Notes: a model not told the origin generated them from the letters alone. Positions 37,653 to 47,815 are shown, numbered from the stretch's first letter. The stretch: 64,000 nt of DNA from a candidate division FCPU426 bacterium (GCA_040756875.1 JBFLYH010000002.1:735078-799077), one strand, 5' to 3'. Numbers and translations are program-made.

Positions 37653-38383
37653 GGCTTCCCTCCTGCGGCCCGGCGTTTGAAAAAGGCTTCAAACGAGTCC
37701 ACCCTCGCTTTGGTTAATATGCTCCTGGGTTCGCCGCTCGCCAGCACGCGGCCTTCGTCCAGGGCGTGCACCCGGCTGCACCGTTCGGCTTCATCCATGT
37801 AGGCCGTGGAGACGATGACGAGGATCTTCTGGCGCACCAGACGGTAAAGGAGGTCCCAAAATTCGCGGCGGCTGATGGGATCCACGCCGTTGGTGGGTTC
37901 GTCCAGGAGCACGACGCTGGGCGATTGCAGGAGCGCGCACATCAAACCCAGTTTTTTATACATGCCGCCCGACAGTTTGGCGGCCGGCCGGTCCGTAAAC
38001 GGTTCCAGCCGCGTCAAATGCAGCAGTTCCGCGCGGCGTTGTCGGTAGACTTCCAGAGGAATCAAATAAAGATCACGGAAAAAGTCGAGATGCTCGGACA
38101 CCGAAAGATCTGGATACAGGCTTTGTTGCTGAGGCATGTAGGCGAAATCAGGCCGGATGGCCGCGAAATCCGCCGGAGCCCCGTCTTGCTGGTAGGCGAT
38201 GCTCCCGCCGGTCGGCGCCAGCAGTCCGATCAGCAGGCGCAGCAGGGTGGTTTTGCCGGCTCCGTCTGGCCCGATCAGGCCGTGCAGCAAGGCCGGCTCG
38301 AAGCGCAGCGACAATCCCTTCAGCGCTTGGGTCCCTCCCAGCAGTTTGCTGACCTGGTTGACTTCAATGCCGATCTGACGCAT
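37649..38383 (-). CDS. ABC transporter ATP-binding protein
   Basis: GPDGAGKTT, LSGGM, LLDEPTNG. Confidence 0.94.
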   Translation of the reverse strand: MRQIGIEVNQVSKLLGGTQALKGLSLRFEPALLHGLIGPDGAGKTTLLRLLIGLLAPTGGSIAYQQDGAPADFAAIRPDFAYMPQQQSLYPDLSVSEHLDFFRDLYLIPLEVYRQRRAELLHLTRLEPFTDRPAAKLSGGMYKKLGLMCALLQSPSVVLLDEPTNGVDPISRREFWDLLYRLVRQKILVIVSTAYMDEAERCSRVHALDEGRVLASGEPRSILTKARVDSFEAFFKRRAAGGKP

Positions 38384-38436
38384 GCATCCCTCTCTGATCC
38401 GATCGGTCAGGCGCGCTCGATGCGTCTGACCGGCCG

Positions 38437-39180
38437 TTATTTCCTGTTCGCGTCCGGCAAACGCACTTCGATGGTCATGCCGGGTTTGAGCACGCGATCA
38501 GCGTTTTCAAAAACGATCTTGACGCCGTACACCAGCCGGCTGCGCTCGCTGCGGGTTTGCACGTTCTTGGGCGTAAACTCCGCCTGATCCCTGATCAACG
38601 CGATTTTGCCGGTCCAGCTTTTGCCGGGCATTTCGGGCAAAATCCCTTTCACGGCCTGCCCCAGCGACAGGTCGGACAGCATCGGCTGTTCCACATAAAT
38701 ATACGCCCACACTTCGGACAAATCCCCCAAAGTCAGCAATTGCATGCCCGGCGCCACCAGTTCCCCGGGTTCGCGGTAGGTATGCAGGATGGTTCCCGCC
38801 TGCGGCGCCTTGACCGTGCACCAGTCCACCATGAGCGCGGCTTGGTCGCGCTTGAACTGGAGCTGGTCCAACACGGCCTGGGTCAGCGTGCCGTTGCTCA
38901 ACAGCCGGCGGCCGCGTTGGTACTCCTTTTCCGCTAAAGCCGCCGCGAGCTTAAGGTCTTCGCCGGAAAATACCAGCAAGGTCTGGCCGGCCTTGACTTC
39001 CTCCCCTTCCTTGACTTCGGCCGTCGCCAACACCGACGCGACCCGGCTCGACAGGATGATTTCCGTGGCCTCGATGGTCCCGGCGTAAAAAAACGGCCGG
39101 GGCCGAAGCAGCCACCAAACCACGCCGCCGGCCAGCAGCAGGATGACAATGGGTATAGCGATTCTTTTTTTGTCCTTCAT
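38437..39180 (-). CDS. HlyD/YbhG-like membrane fusion protein
   Basis: Start MKDKKR overlapping the TolC stop; AEFTPKNVQT...RLVYGVK, LKPGM. Confidence 0.9.
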   Translation of the reverse strand: MKDKKRIAIPIVILLLAGGVVWWLLRPRPFFYAGTIEATEIILSSRVASVLATAEVKEGEEVKAGQTLLVFSGEDLKLAAALAEKEYQRGRRLLSNGTLTQAVLDQLQFKRDQAALMVDWCTVKAPQAGTILHTYREPGELVAPGMQLLTLGDLSEVWAYIYVEQPMLSDLSLGQAVKGILPEMPGKSWTGKIALIRDQAEFTPKNVQTRSERSRLVYGVKIVFENADRVLKPGMTIEVRLPDANRK

Positions 39181-40550
39181 GGCTTCGTCTCCTCGTTTTC
39201 GGATAGGCTGTCCAACACGGCCAGTTGGATCGCCATCTGAGTGCGCGTCAGCGCAAATTGGGTCTTGGCTTCCAGGGCCCGCAAATTGGCGGCCTGCACT
39301 TCCAGGTAATTGGCGCGGCCGATGTGATAGGCCTGATAAACCAGACGGGCCAGGGTTTCGGTTTCCTGCGAGGATTGCTGGACCAGTTTCAGTTCCGCGC
39401 GCAGCTGCGCCAAAGTGTCCTGGGCTTTCTTCCAGCCGACGTCCAGATCGGTTTGGGCCTGTTGGGCCATGGCTTCGTCGGCTTTGGCGGTTCGTTCCTG
39501 TTCCTCCACCTGCCTGACCACCCGCTGTCCCTCCCACAACGGCCAGCTGGCATTAACGCCCACGGTGTTTTGCTGGACCGTTTCCAGCACCGGGCCGTTG
39601 GGATAATCCCAGGAGGCCTTGGCGTACACCTGCACGCGGGGCCAATGCCCGGCATTGTATCCGGCCGCCGCCTGGCGGGCGGATTCGGCCAATTCCGTGA
39701 AAACCTTGGCCCGGGGATGGTCGCCAGCCGCCGGCGCCTTGCCGGGCTGGTCCAGACGCGCCAAGGATTGCTCAAGTGGATCAAACATCAACAAGAGCGT
39801 GGGTGTTTCAATGTCACTGGCTATTTGTTTGGCGGTTTCCGGGTCCATGGGAAAAGCCAAATCCAGGCTTTCTCCGCCGCCGGTGAGCGACAGCAGATCC
39901 CGGACAGCACCGGTTAACTGGGTCCGGGCCTGCTGGATCTGCCGCTGCCTGGCCAACACCTCGAGATGGCTGGAGAGCAAATCGATCCGGCTGGAAGCAC
40001 CTGCCCTCGCCTGCGCCTGAATGTCCCGGTACTGGGCCTGCGCCAGTTGCAGGGAATCCGCCAGCAGGCGGATTTGCTCGAGCGCCAGCTGCACCTGGAA
40101 GTAGGCCAGCCGGGTTTTGAGCGTGATCTCCCGTTGCTGGCCTTCCACTTCCTGCTCTTTAGCCCTATACCCGGCGCTCAAGGCCTGCCAGGCATAGTAC
40201 GTTGCCCCTGAATCCCAGATCGTCCAGGACAACTGCGGCCCAACGGAGTAATTCACATTGTCTCCCATGGGAATGGAGCGCGCACCGGGCATGGGCAGTG
40301 TGATGTTCGGCACTTCGGTGACATACCGCCAAGTGCCTTCCAACGAGAGCCGGGGCCACAGCAAGCCGGCGTAGCTCCAGGATTTGGCGCCCAAAGCCTT
40401 CAGTTCCCATTGCTTGGCTTGCAGCGAAGGGGTGTGGGTTTGGGCTTCCTGCACGGCTTGGTCAAGGCCCAGGGACAGAGACGGCGTTTCTGCCTGCGCC
40501 GCCGCCGAGGCAAAAACCGCGGCCAGAAGCACGGGAAGCATCTTTCTCAT
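39177..40550 (-). CDS. TolC-family outer membrane efflux protein
   Basis: Signal peptide, WPRLSL, WTIWDSG, WPRVQV, WPLWEG, and operon context. Confidence 0.88.
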   Translation of the reverse strand: MRKMLPVLLAAVFASAAAQAETPSLSLGLDQAVQEAQTHTPSLQAKQWELKALGAKSWSYAGLLWPRLSLEGTWRYVTEVPNITLPMPGARSIPMGDNVNYSVGPQLSWTIWDSGATYYAWQALSAGYRAKEQEVEGQQREITLKTRLAYFQVQLALEQIRLLADSLQLAQAQYRDIQAQARAGASSRIDLLSSHLEVLARQRQIQQARTQLTGAVRDLLSLTGGGESLDLAFPMDPETAKQIASDIETPTLLLMFDPLEQSLARLDQPGKAPAAGDHPRAKVFTELAESARQAAAGYNAGHWPRVQVYAKASWDYPNGPVLETVQQNTVGVNASWPLWEGQRVVRQVEEQERTAKADEAMAQQAQTDLDVGWKKAQDTLAQLRAELKLVQQSSQETETLARLVYQAYHIGRANYLEVQAANLRALEAKTQFALTRTQMAIQLAVLDSLSENEETKP

Positions 40551-41323
40551 GACATCCTCCTGGTTTTCAAACGCGAAGAACCAGTTGTCTGCAGAGGTTC
40601 TTCCGGCGTTTTACGTCGGTTCCGGTCCAGGTAAAAATCAATGATCTGATTAATCCTGCGGTTGAGGGCTGAAGGCATGGATTCCAATGAGACGTCCGGA
40701 TCAAGCGCCCTGAAAGCCAAGTCCAACCGCATTCGCAAAATATGATCCTTCATCATGATCGGGATGCCAACGTTTTTAATAATATTCAATGGTGGCTTTA
40801 GGTTCGCTTTTTCCAGCGCCCCCATCATGATGCTCGGTCCGGCTACGCTGCTGATTATATAGGTAATGATGATGGGCAAGGGGGCCTGGGCGATCAGGCG
40901 TTGTCTCTGGCACTGCCGGATCAAATCCAAAATGATCACGGCGTGCCTGGGCACGTGCTCTTCCAGCAATTTGACGATCTGCTGATCCCCCTCCAAAATG
41001 TCGCGCCCAAGCGCCAGCAAAAGCTGCCGGTGGTTGCGGGCAAAGCAAGCCAGATTGAAAAGCGCGTTGTAGAGTTTTTCCTTTGGATCCTTGCCGGATG
41101 CGGCCTTGAGGGTGAACTCCCTAAAGAAGTCCTCGTAAAACACCTCGGCCACGCGCCGCATAAATTCTCGTTTGGTTTTAAAATAGTAATGGAACATCCC
41201 CAGATTCACGCCTGCTTTCTTAGCCACCGCCCTCAGGCTTAGGCGCGAAAAGCCGACGGCCGGCAGGAGCGCAATAGCCGCCTCGATCAACTTGAGGTCC
41301 GTGCTGGGTTCGGTTCGTTTCAT
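40547..41323 (-). CDS. TetR/AcrR family regulator
   Basis: GFSRLSLRAVAKKAGVNLGMFHYYFKTK HTH; GGAGG before ATG 41323. Confidence 0.93.
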   Translation of the reverse strand: MKRTEPSTDLKLIEAAIALLPAVGFSRLSLRAVAKKAGVNLGMFHYYFKTKREFMRRVAEVFYEDFFREFTLKAASGKDPKEKLYNALFNLACFARNHRQLLLALGRDILEGDQQIVKLLEEHVPRHAVIILDLIRQCQRQRLIAQAPLPIIITYIISSVAGPSIMMGALEKANLKPPLNIIKNVGIPIMMKDHILRMRLDLAFRALDPDVSLESMPSALNRRINQIIDFYLDRNRRKTPEEPLQTTGSSRLKTRRMS

Positions 41324-41344
41324 GGCCTCCTCCATCCGCCCGAC

Positions 41345-41394
41345 TTATACATGTTGTATAATTTAGTTATACATTCTGTATAACATATTGTCAA
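41345..41394 (-). promoter_or_regulatory. Tandem TetR-type operators overlapping a sigma70 promoter
   Basis: TTATACA-NNN-TGTATAA at 41345-41361 and 41367-41383; minus strand TTGACA-17 nt-TATAAC. Confidence 0.85.
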
Positions 41395-41524
41395 ATGTTT
41401 TTTGCAGCGCCGGCGCCAACGCGCCCCGTTCAACTTTGCGTCTGGATTTTCCGGACCCAACATACGATAATGTCACATTGATACTCCCCAGCGCCTTTAT
41501 CCCTCATGGCCAGGAGGACGCATT

Positions 41525-42073
41525 ATGGCTTTATCCAAAGCCGCGGGTGTTATTCATACCCGTACACTCCTGCGGGAAAAAGGAAAGGAAGCGGAAGCCA
41601 AACTTCTTTCCCGGCTGACCCCCGAGGAGCAGGTCCAGTACCTCGCGCTGCTTCCGGTCAGCAAGATCCCCATCGAAACCGCCACAAAAATTTACCTTGC
41701 ATCCGTGCCGATTTTGTTTCCCGATAAAACCGTTTCCCAAGGCATGCAGGAATTGGCCCGTAGCACGGCCCTGAACGACATGCGTGGCGTATACAGCATT
41801 TTGCTGCGTTTCACCACCCCCGAGTTCATGATCAAACAGACCGCCAAGATCTGGCAAACGTATCACGATGCCGGCGAAGCCACGGCGGAGCATGTCGGAC
41901 CCAAGCAGGCTTTGTTGCGCGTCACTCGCTATCCCGACCTGCCCAAGGCGTTTCTCGATATTGTCTCTGGTTACATCCTTGGCTTGTTTCAAATCAGCGG
42001 CGTCAAGAACACGCAAATGCAGGTCCGCGACCACAATCCCGAAGCGTGGGAATGGCTGGTCAGCTGGGATTGA
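41525..42073 (+). CDS. Hypothetical protein, DUF2378/V4R-like
   Basis: AGGAGG RBS; IWQTYHDAG motif; similar to 33206..33766. Confidence 0.65.
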   Translation: MALSKAAGVIHTRTLLREKGKEAEAKLLSRLTPEEQVQYLALLPVSKIPIETATKIYLASVPILFPDKTVSQGMQELARSTALNDMRGVYSILLRFTTPEFMIKQTAKIWQTYHDAGEATAEHVGPKQALLRVTRYPDLPKAFLDIVSGYILGLFQISGVKNTQMQVRDHNPEAWEWLVSWD

Positions 42074-42154
42074 GCGATGGCGCCTTTTAAAAGCACTTGC
42101 CTGAATCCCTTCCTTCATATACACTAAGCGGCTTTCAAACCTTATTGCGAACGG

Positions 42155-43999
42155 ATGATCATGCCCATACGCGAAGACCTTCGAAACATCGCCATCGTGG
42201 CCCACGTGGACCATGGCAAAACCACGTTGATCGACGCCATGCTGAGGCAGAGCGGGACGTTCGGCGACCGCGAAACCGTGCAGGAACGGGTGATGGATTC
42301 CAATCCGCTCGAGCGCGAACGCGGCATCACCATCTTTTCCAAGCACGCCTCGATCCATAAAAACGGGGTCAAGATCAACATCATCGACACGCCCGGCCAC
42401 GCCGACTTCGGCGGCGAGGTCGAGCGCATCTTGCAAATGGCCGATGGCATCCTTCTGCTGGTGGACGCGGCCGAAGGCCCCCTGCCCCAGACCAAGTTCG
42501 TCCTGCGTAAAGCCCTGGAGCGCGGCCTCAAGGCCGTGGTGCTGATCAACAAAATCGACCGGCCAGACGCCCAACCCCACGACACGCTGGATAAAATCTT
42601 CGATTTGTTCGTGGCCCTGGGCGCCACGGACGAGCAATTGGATTTCAACGTGCTCTACGGCAGTTCGCGGGAAGGCTTTGCCCGCACGGAACTGGACGAA
42701 GCCTCCCACGACCTGGAGCCTTTGTTCGCCGCCCTGCTCAAGGAGCTTCCGGGCCCGGAGGTGGCGCCCGACCAACCTCTGCAACTGCTGGTGACCAACA
42801 CTGATTATTCCGATTACCTGGGCCGTCTGGCCATCGGCCGCATTACGCGCGGTTCTTTATCCAAGGGCCAGGACGTCGTGGCCATCAATCACGCCGACGG
42901 CCGGCTGGTCCCCTTCCGGGTGACCGCCCTCTACCTGCATGAAGGCTTGAAGCGCGTGGATGCGGACCGGGCGGATGCCGGCGAAGTGGTCGTGCTGGCG
43001 GGGTTGGACGAAATTACCATCGGCGATACGGTGGCCGACGCGCTCCAACCCGAGGCCCTGCCCGGGCTGTCCGTGGACGAACCCACGCTGACCATGATAT
43101 TTTCAGTCAACAACAGCCCCTTTGCGGGGCGGGAAGGCAAATATGTCACCACCCGCCACCTGCGCGACCGGCTGTACAAGGAGGCGTTGACCAACCTGAG
43201 CCTGCGCGTGCAGGACACGGATTCGCCGGATGCCTTGCGCGTGTCCGGCCGCGGGGAATTGCACCTGGCCATTCTGATCGAAACCATGCGGCGGGAAGGG
43301 TTTGAATTCCAGGTCAGCAAGCCCGAAGTCATTCTGCACGAAGTTCAGGGGCAAAAACAGGAGCCTTTTGAAGAACTGACCATTGACGTGGCCAGCCCGG
43401 ACATCGGCGCTTGCATCGAGCGGTTGGGCAGCCGCAAGGCTGAGATGAGCCACATGGAAACCACGCCAGACGGCCGCACCCGGGCGGTCTTCAGCATTCC
43501 TTCGCGGTGCCTCCTGGGGTTCCGCAACGAGTTCCTGACCCTCACGCGCGGCGAAGGGCTTATGCACCACACCGTGGCCGGATACCGCGACTACAAGGGC
43601 GGCAGCGTGGGGCGCTCCCGCGGTGTGCTCATCGCGGACCAGACCGGCACTGCCACCGCCTACGCCCTGTTCCAGCTTTCGGACCGGGGTGAGTACTTTA
43701 TCGAGTCTGGAACGGAAGTGTATGAAGGAATGATCATCGGCGAGAACAGCCGAGACAGCGACCTGGCGGTCAACATCACCCGCACCAAACAGCTGTCGAA
43801 CATGCGCAGCAAAGCCGCGGACGAGGCGCTGACCGTGCCTCCGCCCCGGCGCTTGTCCCTGGAACAGATGCTGGAATATATTAATGAAGATGAACTGGTG
43901 GAAATAACCCCGGAATCCCTGCGCCTGCGCAAGAAAATCCTCGACGCCCTGCAGCGCAAGCGCGCCGACCGGGCCAAGGCCAGGGCCGAGGAAGAATAA
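42155..43999 (+). CDS. typA: Translational GTPase TypA/BipA
   Basis: AHVDHGKTT, RERGITI, DTPGHADFGGEVER, GRGELHL, ELVEITPESLRLRK. Confidence 0.98.
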   Translation: MIMPIREDLRNIAIVAHVDHGKTTLIDAMLRQSGTFGDRETVQERVMDSNPLERERGITIFSKHASIHKNGVKINIIDTPGHADFGGEVERILQMADGILLLVDAAEGPLPQTKFVLRKALERGLKAVVLINKIDRPDAQPHDTLDKIFDLFVALGATDEQLDFNVLYGSSREGFARTELDEASHDLEPLFAALLKELPGPEVAPDQPLQLLVTNTDYSDYLGRLAIGRITRGSLSKGQDVVAINHADGRLVPFRVTALYLHEGLKRVDADRADAGEVVVLAGLDEITIGDTVADALQPEALPGLSVDEPTLTMIFSVNNSPFAGREGKYVTTRHLRDRLYKEALTNLSLRVQDTDSPDALRVSGRGELHLAILIETMRREGFEFQVSKPEVILHEVQGQKQEPFEELTIDVASPDIGACIERLGSRKAEMSHMETTPDGRTRAVFSIPSRCLLGFRNEFLTLTRGEGLMHHTVAGYRDYKGGSVGRSRGVLIADQTGTATAYALFQLSDRGEYFIESGTEVYEGMIIGENSRDSDLAVNITRTKQLSNMRSKAADEALTVPPPRRLSLEQMLEYINEDELVEITPESLRLRKKILDALQRKRADRAKARAEEE

Positions 44000-44017
44000 T
44001 TACTGCTTTGTCACATG

Positions 44018-47000
44018 CTATCGGATCAAAGCAAGCTTGCCTTGTTTCGCCATCGTTTCCCGTCCGCTCGCATCCTTGATCACCAAACGATAGAAATAAA
44101 CGCCTGCCGCCATATCTGCGGCCGCCCAGCGGGTGGTCAGGGTGCGCCCGTTGCCGCCATTTTGTAATTCCGTAATGGTTGCCACTCGTTCGCCGGTTAA
44201 ACGATAAATATCAATGGCCACGCGAACCTCGCCAACCGAATAATACCCAAAAATCACGCTGCCCCGGGCTGGATTCGGATAAGCCATTACCTTCCCCGCC
44301 TCAAGTTCCCATGCTGGCGTTTCAGTATGGGTCGGGGTCATCGTGCGTGTTGCTGCCAGAGTCGCGGTTAAGCTCGGAGATGGTGTGGAAGTCAAGGTCG
44401 GGCTGGCTGAAATTGTAGGGGTTGCCATGGCTGTTGGTACTAAGGTCGGTGACTCCGTTGCCGTTGGTGAATTAGTCTCTGTCCTCGTAAGCGTGGGTGA
44501 AGTCGTCGCAGTTTCTGTGATTGTCGCAGTCAAAGTCTCAGTGGGAGACTCTGTGCTGGTCGGCGTGATGGTGAAGGTGACGCTCTCCGTTGGCGTTTCA
44601 GTCATCGTTGGCGTTTCGCTGATGGTTGGCGACTGTGAGGCAGTGCTGGAAATAGTGGCTGTGGGTGTGAAGGTAGGTGGATTTTCTGAATAGATCCGCA
44701 CATAATCAAATTGAACCGCGGCCGCGCTCCCGCCCTCCACAGTCAATTGCACCGCGAACTCGCTTACCCCGCTTAATTGGGTCAACAGAGCGTAATTAAT
44801 CTTGAAGACCCCAGTTGATTTCATACTGTTAGTGATATCCCAATACCGGTACGCCCCTTCGAGCTCCTGGATGCCCAGCTTCCATCGGGTGCCAGGATTC
44901 CCCCATGGAGTATGGGGCAGAATATCCGCCACACGAACCTCAATCATGGGGTAAACATTTACATCACAATGGATGTGGGGCGAGAGTGATTTGCCCCAAT
45001 TAGATTCTGCAGTCCGCGTCAGGCAGGCATAGAACCCGTTGTTGGAATATTTCAAATTCGCGTTGAAATCGCCATTTTCACCTTCGTCTTCCCAGTCTAC
45101 CACCGGTGCTTCGTTTTCACCTGTAAACGGTTCATTAAATACATCATACGGATTGGGGGTGGGAGTAATAGTGAATGTATAGGTGGGAGTTGCTGTGGCG
45201 GTGGGCGTATGGGTGGGGGTGGGAGTATGCTCCGGACCATCGTGATACACTCGTACATAATCGACCCTAAACCAACGTCCTTCTGCTCCTTCAATGGTCA
45301 GTTGGATAACAAATTTAGCCTGGCCACTTAAATTTGTTATATCCCGGTAATTGAACACAAATGTGCCGCTATCCATGCAACTACTATTCAAATTCCAATA
45401 GCGAAAATCACCTTCCATTTCCTGAATCCCGATTTTCCAGGTTGCGTGCGGCGCCGGCGAGATTCCGGTTACGCTGATTTCCACCAGGGGATAATAATCC
45501 ACATCGCATTGAATGTTTGGAGACAACACTTTACCCCAACCGTCGGTGCTGGTGCAGGTGATCACCGTTTCAGGATCATCATAGTATTGATACGTCTCCG
45601 AATCCATCCAGGTCGTAGTCAGGCCCGCGCCGAAGTCAACCCAATCCCAGTATCCCCCTCCTCCGGGAAGAGGGACCCAAACGTTTAGTTCATTCTGCCA
45701 ATTACTATCAAAGGAGATCTCCTCATCTTTATAAATCGTGTTCGGGATATTGGTTGGAGTAATGGTTGGAGTGGAAGTGCGGGTCGGACTAATGGTAGGG
45801 GTGGGAGAGATAGTCGGCGTCTCGGTAGAAGAATAGATGGGTGAGACGGTAGAGGTGGGAGTCGCGGTCGCGGTGGCTGTGCGTGTGGGTGTGGCAGTGC
45901 GGGTCGGAGAGACCGTGGGTGTGGAGGTGATGGTCGATGAGGCGGTGGCAGTCGGAGTGGGGGTGGGGTGGAATTGAACCCATATTTTTAAATCATCCTG
46001 CCACGCGGCTGAGAACACTTCCTGATTGCCATCCGCGTCCACATCCAGGAGCGCGCCCCTGCCATCATATGAGTAATAATAATTAATTATATTATGCTTT
46101 AAATAACTCTGCGAGCCATCGTTTTCCAGCCAAGCCAAGTTCTGGTTATTGCTGCGTATTAAAATGACGTCCAAATCTGAATCATGGTCAATATCAGTAA
46201 ACAGAACATCGCCTGCACCACCGATCTCCTGGCCAAAACCTTGCCCGGTAAATTGTTGGGAGCCATCATTGCTGAACCAAGAAATATTATCACTACTCGC
46301 AAGGCATATATCCAAATCGCCGTCTTGATCAATATCCTGCATGAATATCCGGGTGGGATAAGGATACATTCCCACATTTGAGTTTATCGGCGCAAACTGC
46401 ATAGCATCATCATTGCGCAGCCAAATCACTTCATATTCAGAATTCACTAAAATATCATTATCACCATCGCTATCTAAATCTCCCACGGCTATCAGGCGGG
46501 GGTTGGCTTCCCAACTCAAAAAAGGATTACTGTTGTATTCGCTATAGATAACATGCGATGCAAATACCGCCCCCCCGTTTTGGTTTTCATAAACGAGAAC
46601 CTTTATTTCAAATCCCAAACCCAGCCATTCCGGCAATTGTCGTTCAATTCGCAAATAGATAATATCCTGGTCGCCATCCTGATCCATGTCCGCGACCAGT
46701 ACATACCCGCTGGAATCCACTGTGTTCGGGAAGGAATCAATTTGAGTATGGTTGAAAAAATTGTTTTGGGCGCTCTTCTGCCACACGGCCAATTCATCAT
46801 AAGTAACTTCATATGCTCCTGCAAACCGGTTCGCACTGATAATTTCGATCTGCCCGTCGTTGTTCAAATCTGCAGCCTGGACCGAGGTGGCTCTTTTAAT
46901 GTGTCCGGTCACCCAGGTGTCCAAGGTAATGGGATGCTTTATCATTACCTCCGGCAAACCGAAATTTTCCCACCAAACAATCGTTCCTTCCTCACCTATA

Positions 47001-47191
47001 ATAACATCTCCTAATGCCCCAATTAAATCCTGGTCGCCATCATGATCAACATCACTGACTGCGAGTTGTTGGATGGCGCTTCCTAGTTCTTCAATAATGT
47101 AAGACTGAAAATCAACCGCCGCGGCAGCACCTTTGCACCAAAATAATCCCAATGCCAGTATATTCAAAAGAATCCGCTTCACCATTTGCAT
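44018..47191 (-). CDS. Secreted FG-GAP protein with Thr/Pro linkers, a duplicated unknown domain and T9SS-like C-terminal domain
   Basis: Signal peptide; DxDxDGDxD repeats; two WGKxLSP..CDV..YP..E domains; C-terminus AYPNPARG...AAGVYFY...GKLALIR. Visibly more AT-rich than its neighbours. Confidence 0.85.
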   Translation of the reverse strand: MQMVKRILLNILALGLFWCKGAAAAVDFQSYIIEELGSAIQQLAVSDVDHDGDQDLIGALGDVIIGEEGTIVWWENFGLPEVMIKHPITLDTWVTGHIKRATSVQAADLNNDGQIEIISANRFAGAYEVTYDELAVWQKSAQNNFFNHTQIDSFPNTVDSSGYVLVADMDQDGDQDIIYLRIERQLPEWLGLGFEIKVLVYENQNGGAVFASHVIYSEYNSNPFLSWEANPRLIAVGDLDSDGDNDILVNSEYEVIWLRNDDAMQFAPINSNVGMYPYPTRIFMQDIDQDGDLDICLASSDNISWFSNDGSQQFTGQGFGQEIGGAGDVLFTDIDHDSDLDVILIRSNNQNLAWLENDGSQSYLKHNIINYYYSYDGRGALLDVDADGNQEVFSAAWQDDLKIWVQFHPTPTPTATASSTITSTPTVSPTRTATPTRTATATATPTSTVSPIYSSTETPTISPTPTISPTRTSTPTITPTNIPNTIYKDEEISFDSNWQNELNVWVPLPGGGGYWDWVDFGAGLTTTWMDSETYQYYDDPETVITCTSTDGWGKVLSPNIQCDVDYYPLVEISVTGISPAPHATWKIGIQEMEGDFRYWNLNSSCMDSGTFVFNYRDITNLSGQAKFVIQLTIEGAEGRWFRVDYVRVYHDGPEHTPTPTHTPTATATPTYTFTITPTPNPYDVFNEPFTGENEAPVVDWEDEGENGDFNANLKYSNNGFYACLTRTAESNWGKSLSPHIHCDVNVYPMIEVRVADILPHTPWGNPGTRWKLGIQELEGAYRYWDITNSMKSTGVFKINYALLTQLSGVSEFAVQLTVEGGSAAAVQFDYVRIYSENPPTFTPTATISSTASQSPTISETPTMTETPTESVTFTITPTSTESPTETLTATITETATTSPTLTRTETNSPTATESPTLVPTAMATPTISASPTLTSTPSPSLTATLAATRTMTPTHTETPAWELEAGKVMAYPNPARGSVIFGYYSVGEVRVAIDIYRLTGERVATITELQNGGNGRTLTTRWAAADMAAGVYFYRLVIKDASGRETMAKQGKLALIR

Positions 47192-47332
47192 GCGGCACCT
47201 GAAGATGGATTAATAAGCAAAACGTGTTTGGCTAAAGCTATAATAATGGACGAAATAGGCGGAAAATTTATTACACTATTTTAATACTGAAAACCGGATC
47301 ATGAACCCGTTCTGAATTACTCTTCTGGTTGC

Positions 47333-47812
47333 TCACCATCCGTGTATAATCACCGCCAGGGTCCAGCCCGCGCCCATGGTGGCCAAAGCGCCGGCCAGGA
47401 TGCTGCCCATGGCTTTAGCCAAGCTGGTTTTCCCCAACACCCGCCCCAAATTGCCGTAAATGACCGGCACACCGAGGATGGCGATCAAGGCCCGCCAGCC
47501 GCTATGCAGCCCGAACCACTCGATCAGGAACATATATAAGGTATTCGCGATCAAGGCGATCATGACCGCGGCCGCGATGACGCGGAGTTCGTTCCACGCT
47601 TGGGCATTCTTGATCATCCGGCCTGCCAGCCACAGCGTAGCCGCCAAAACCAGCAACCCACCCGCGATGACACCGGCGATCTGTAGAGCGCTCCAGCTCA
47701 GCCCCCACTGGTACCCCCAGCCGCCCGGCACCAGATGAGGTGTCAGCAGCAGGCCCAGGGTTAATCCCAACCCAGCCAGAAAGCCCAGCAACCCTTTCCA
47801 GGAATCAAACAT
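47333..47812 (-). CDS. Hypothetical membrane protein
   Basis: 159 aa with several hydrophobic helices; starts 3 nt after the ABC-F stop. Confidence 0.7.
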   Translation of the reverse strand: MFDSWKGLLGFLAGLGLTLGLLLTPHLVPGGWGYQWGLSWSALQIAGVIAGGLLVLAATLWLAGRMIKNAQAWNELRVIAAAVMIALIANTLYMFLIEWFGLHSGWRALIAILGVPVIYGNLGRVLGKTSLAKAMGSILAGALATMGAGWTLAVIIHGW

Positions 47813-47815
47813 CTT

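Noticed and set aside
36666-38383. Two adjacent ABC ATPase genes as a frameshifted ybhF pseudogene
   Set aside because: Each has complete Walker motifs, and the second has its own AGGAGG RBS and an ATGA overlap, consistent with a genuine two-gene arrangement.
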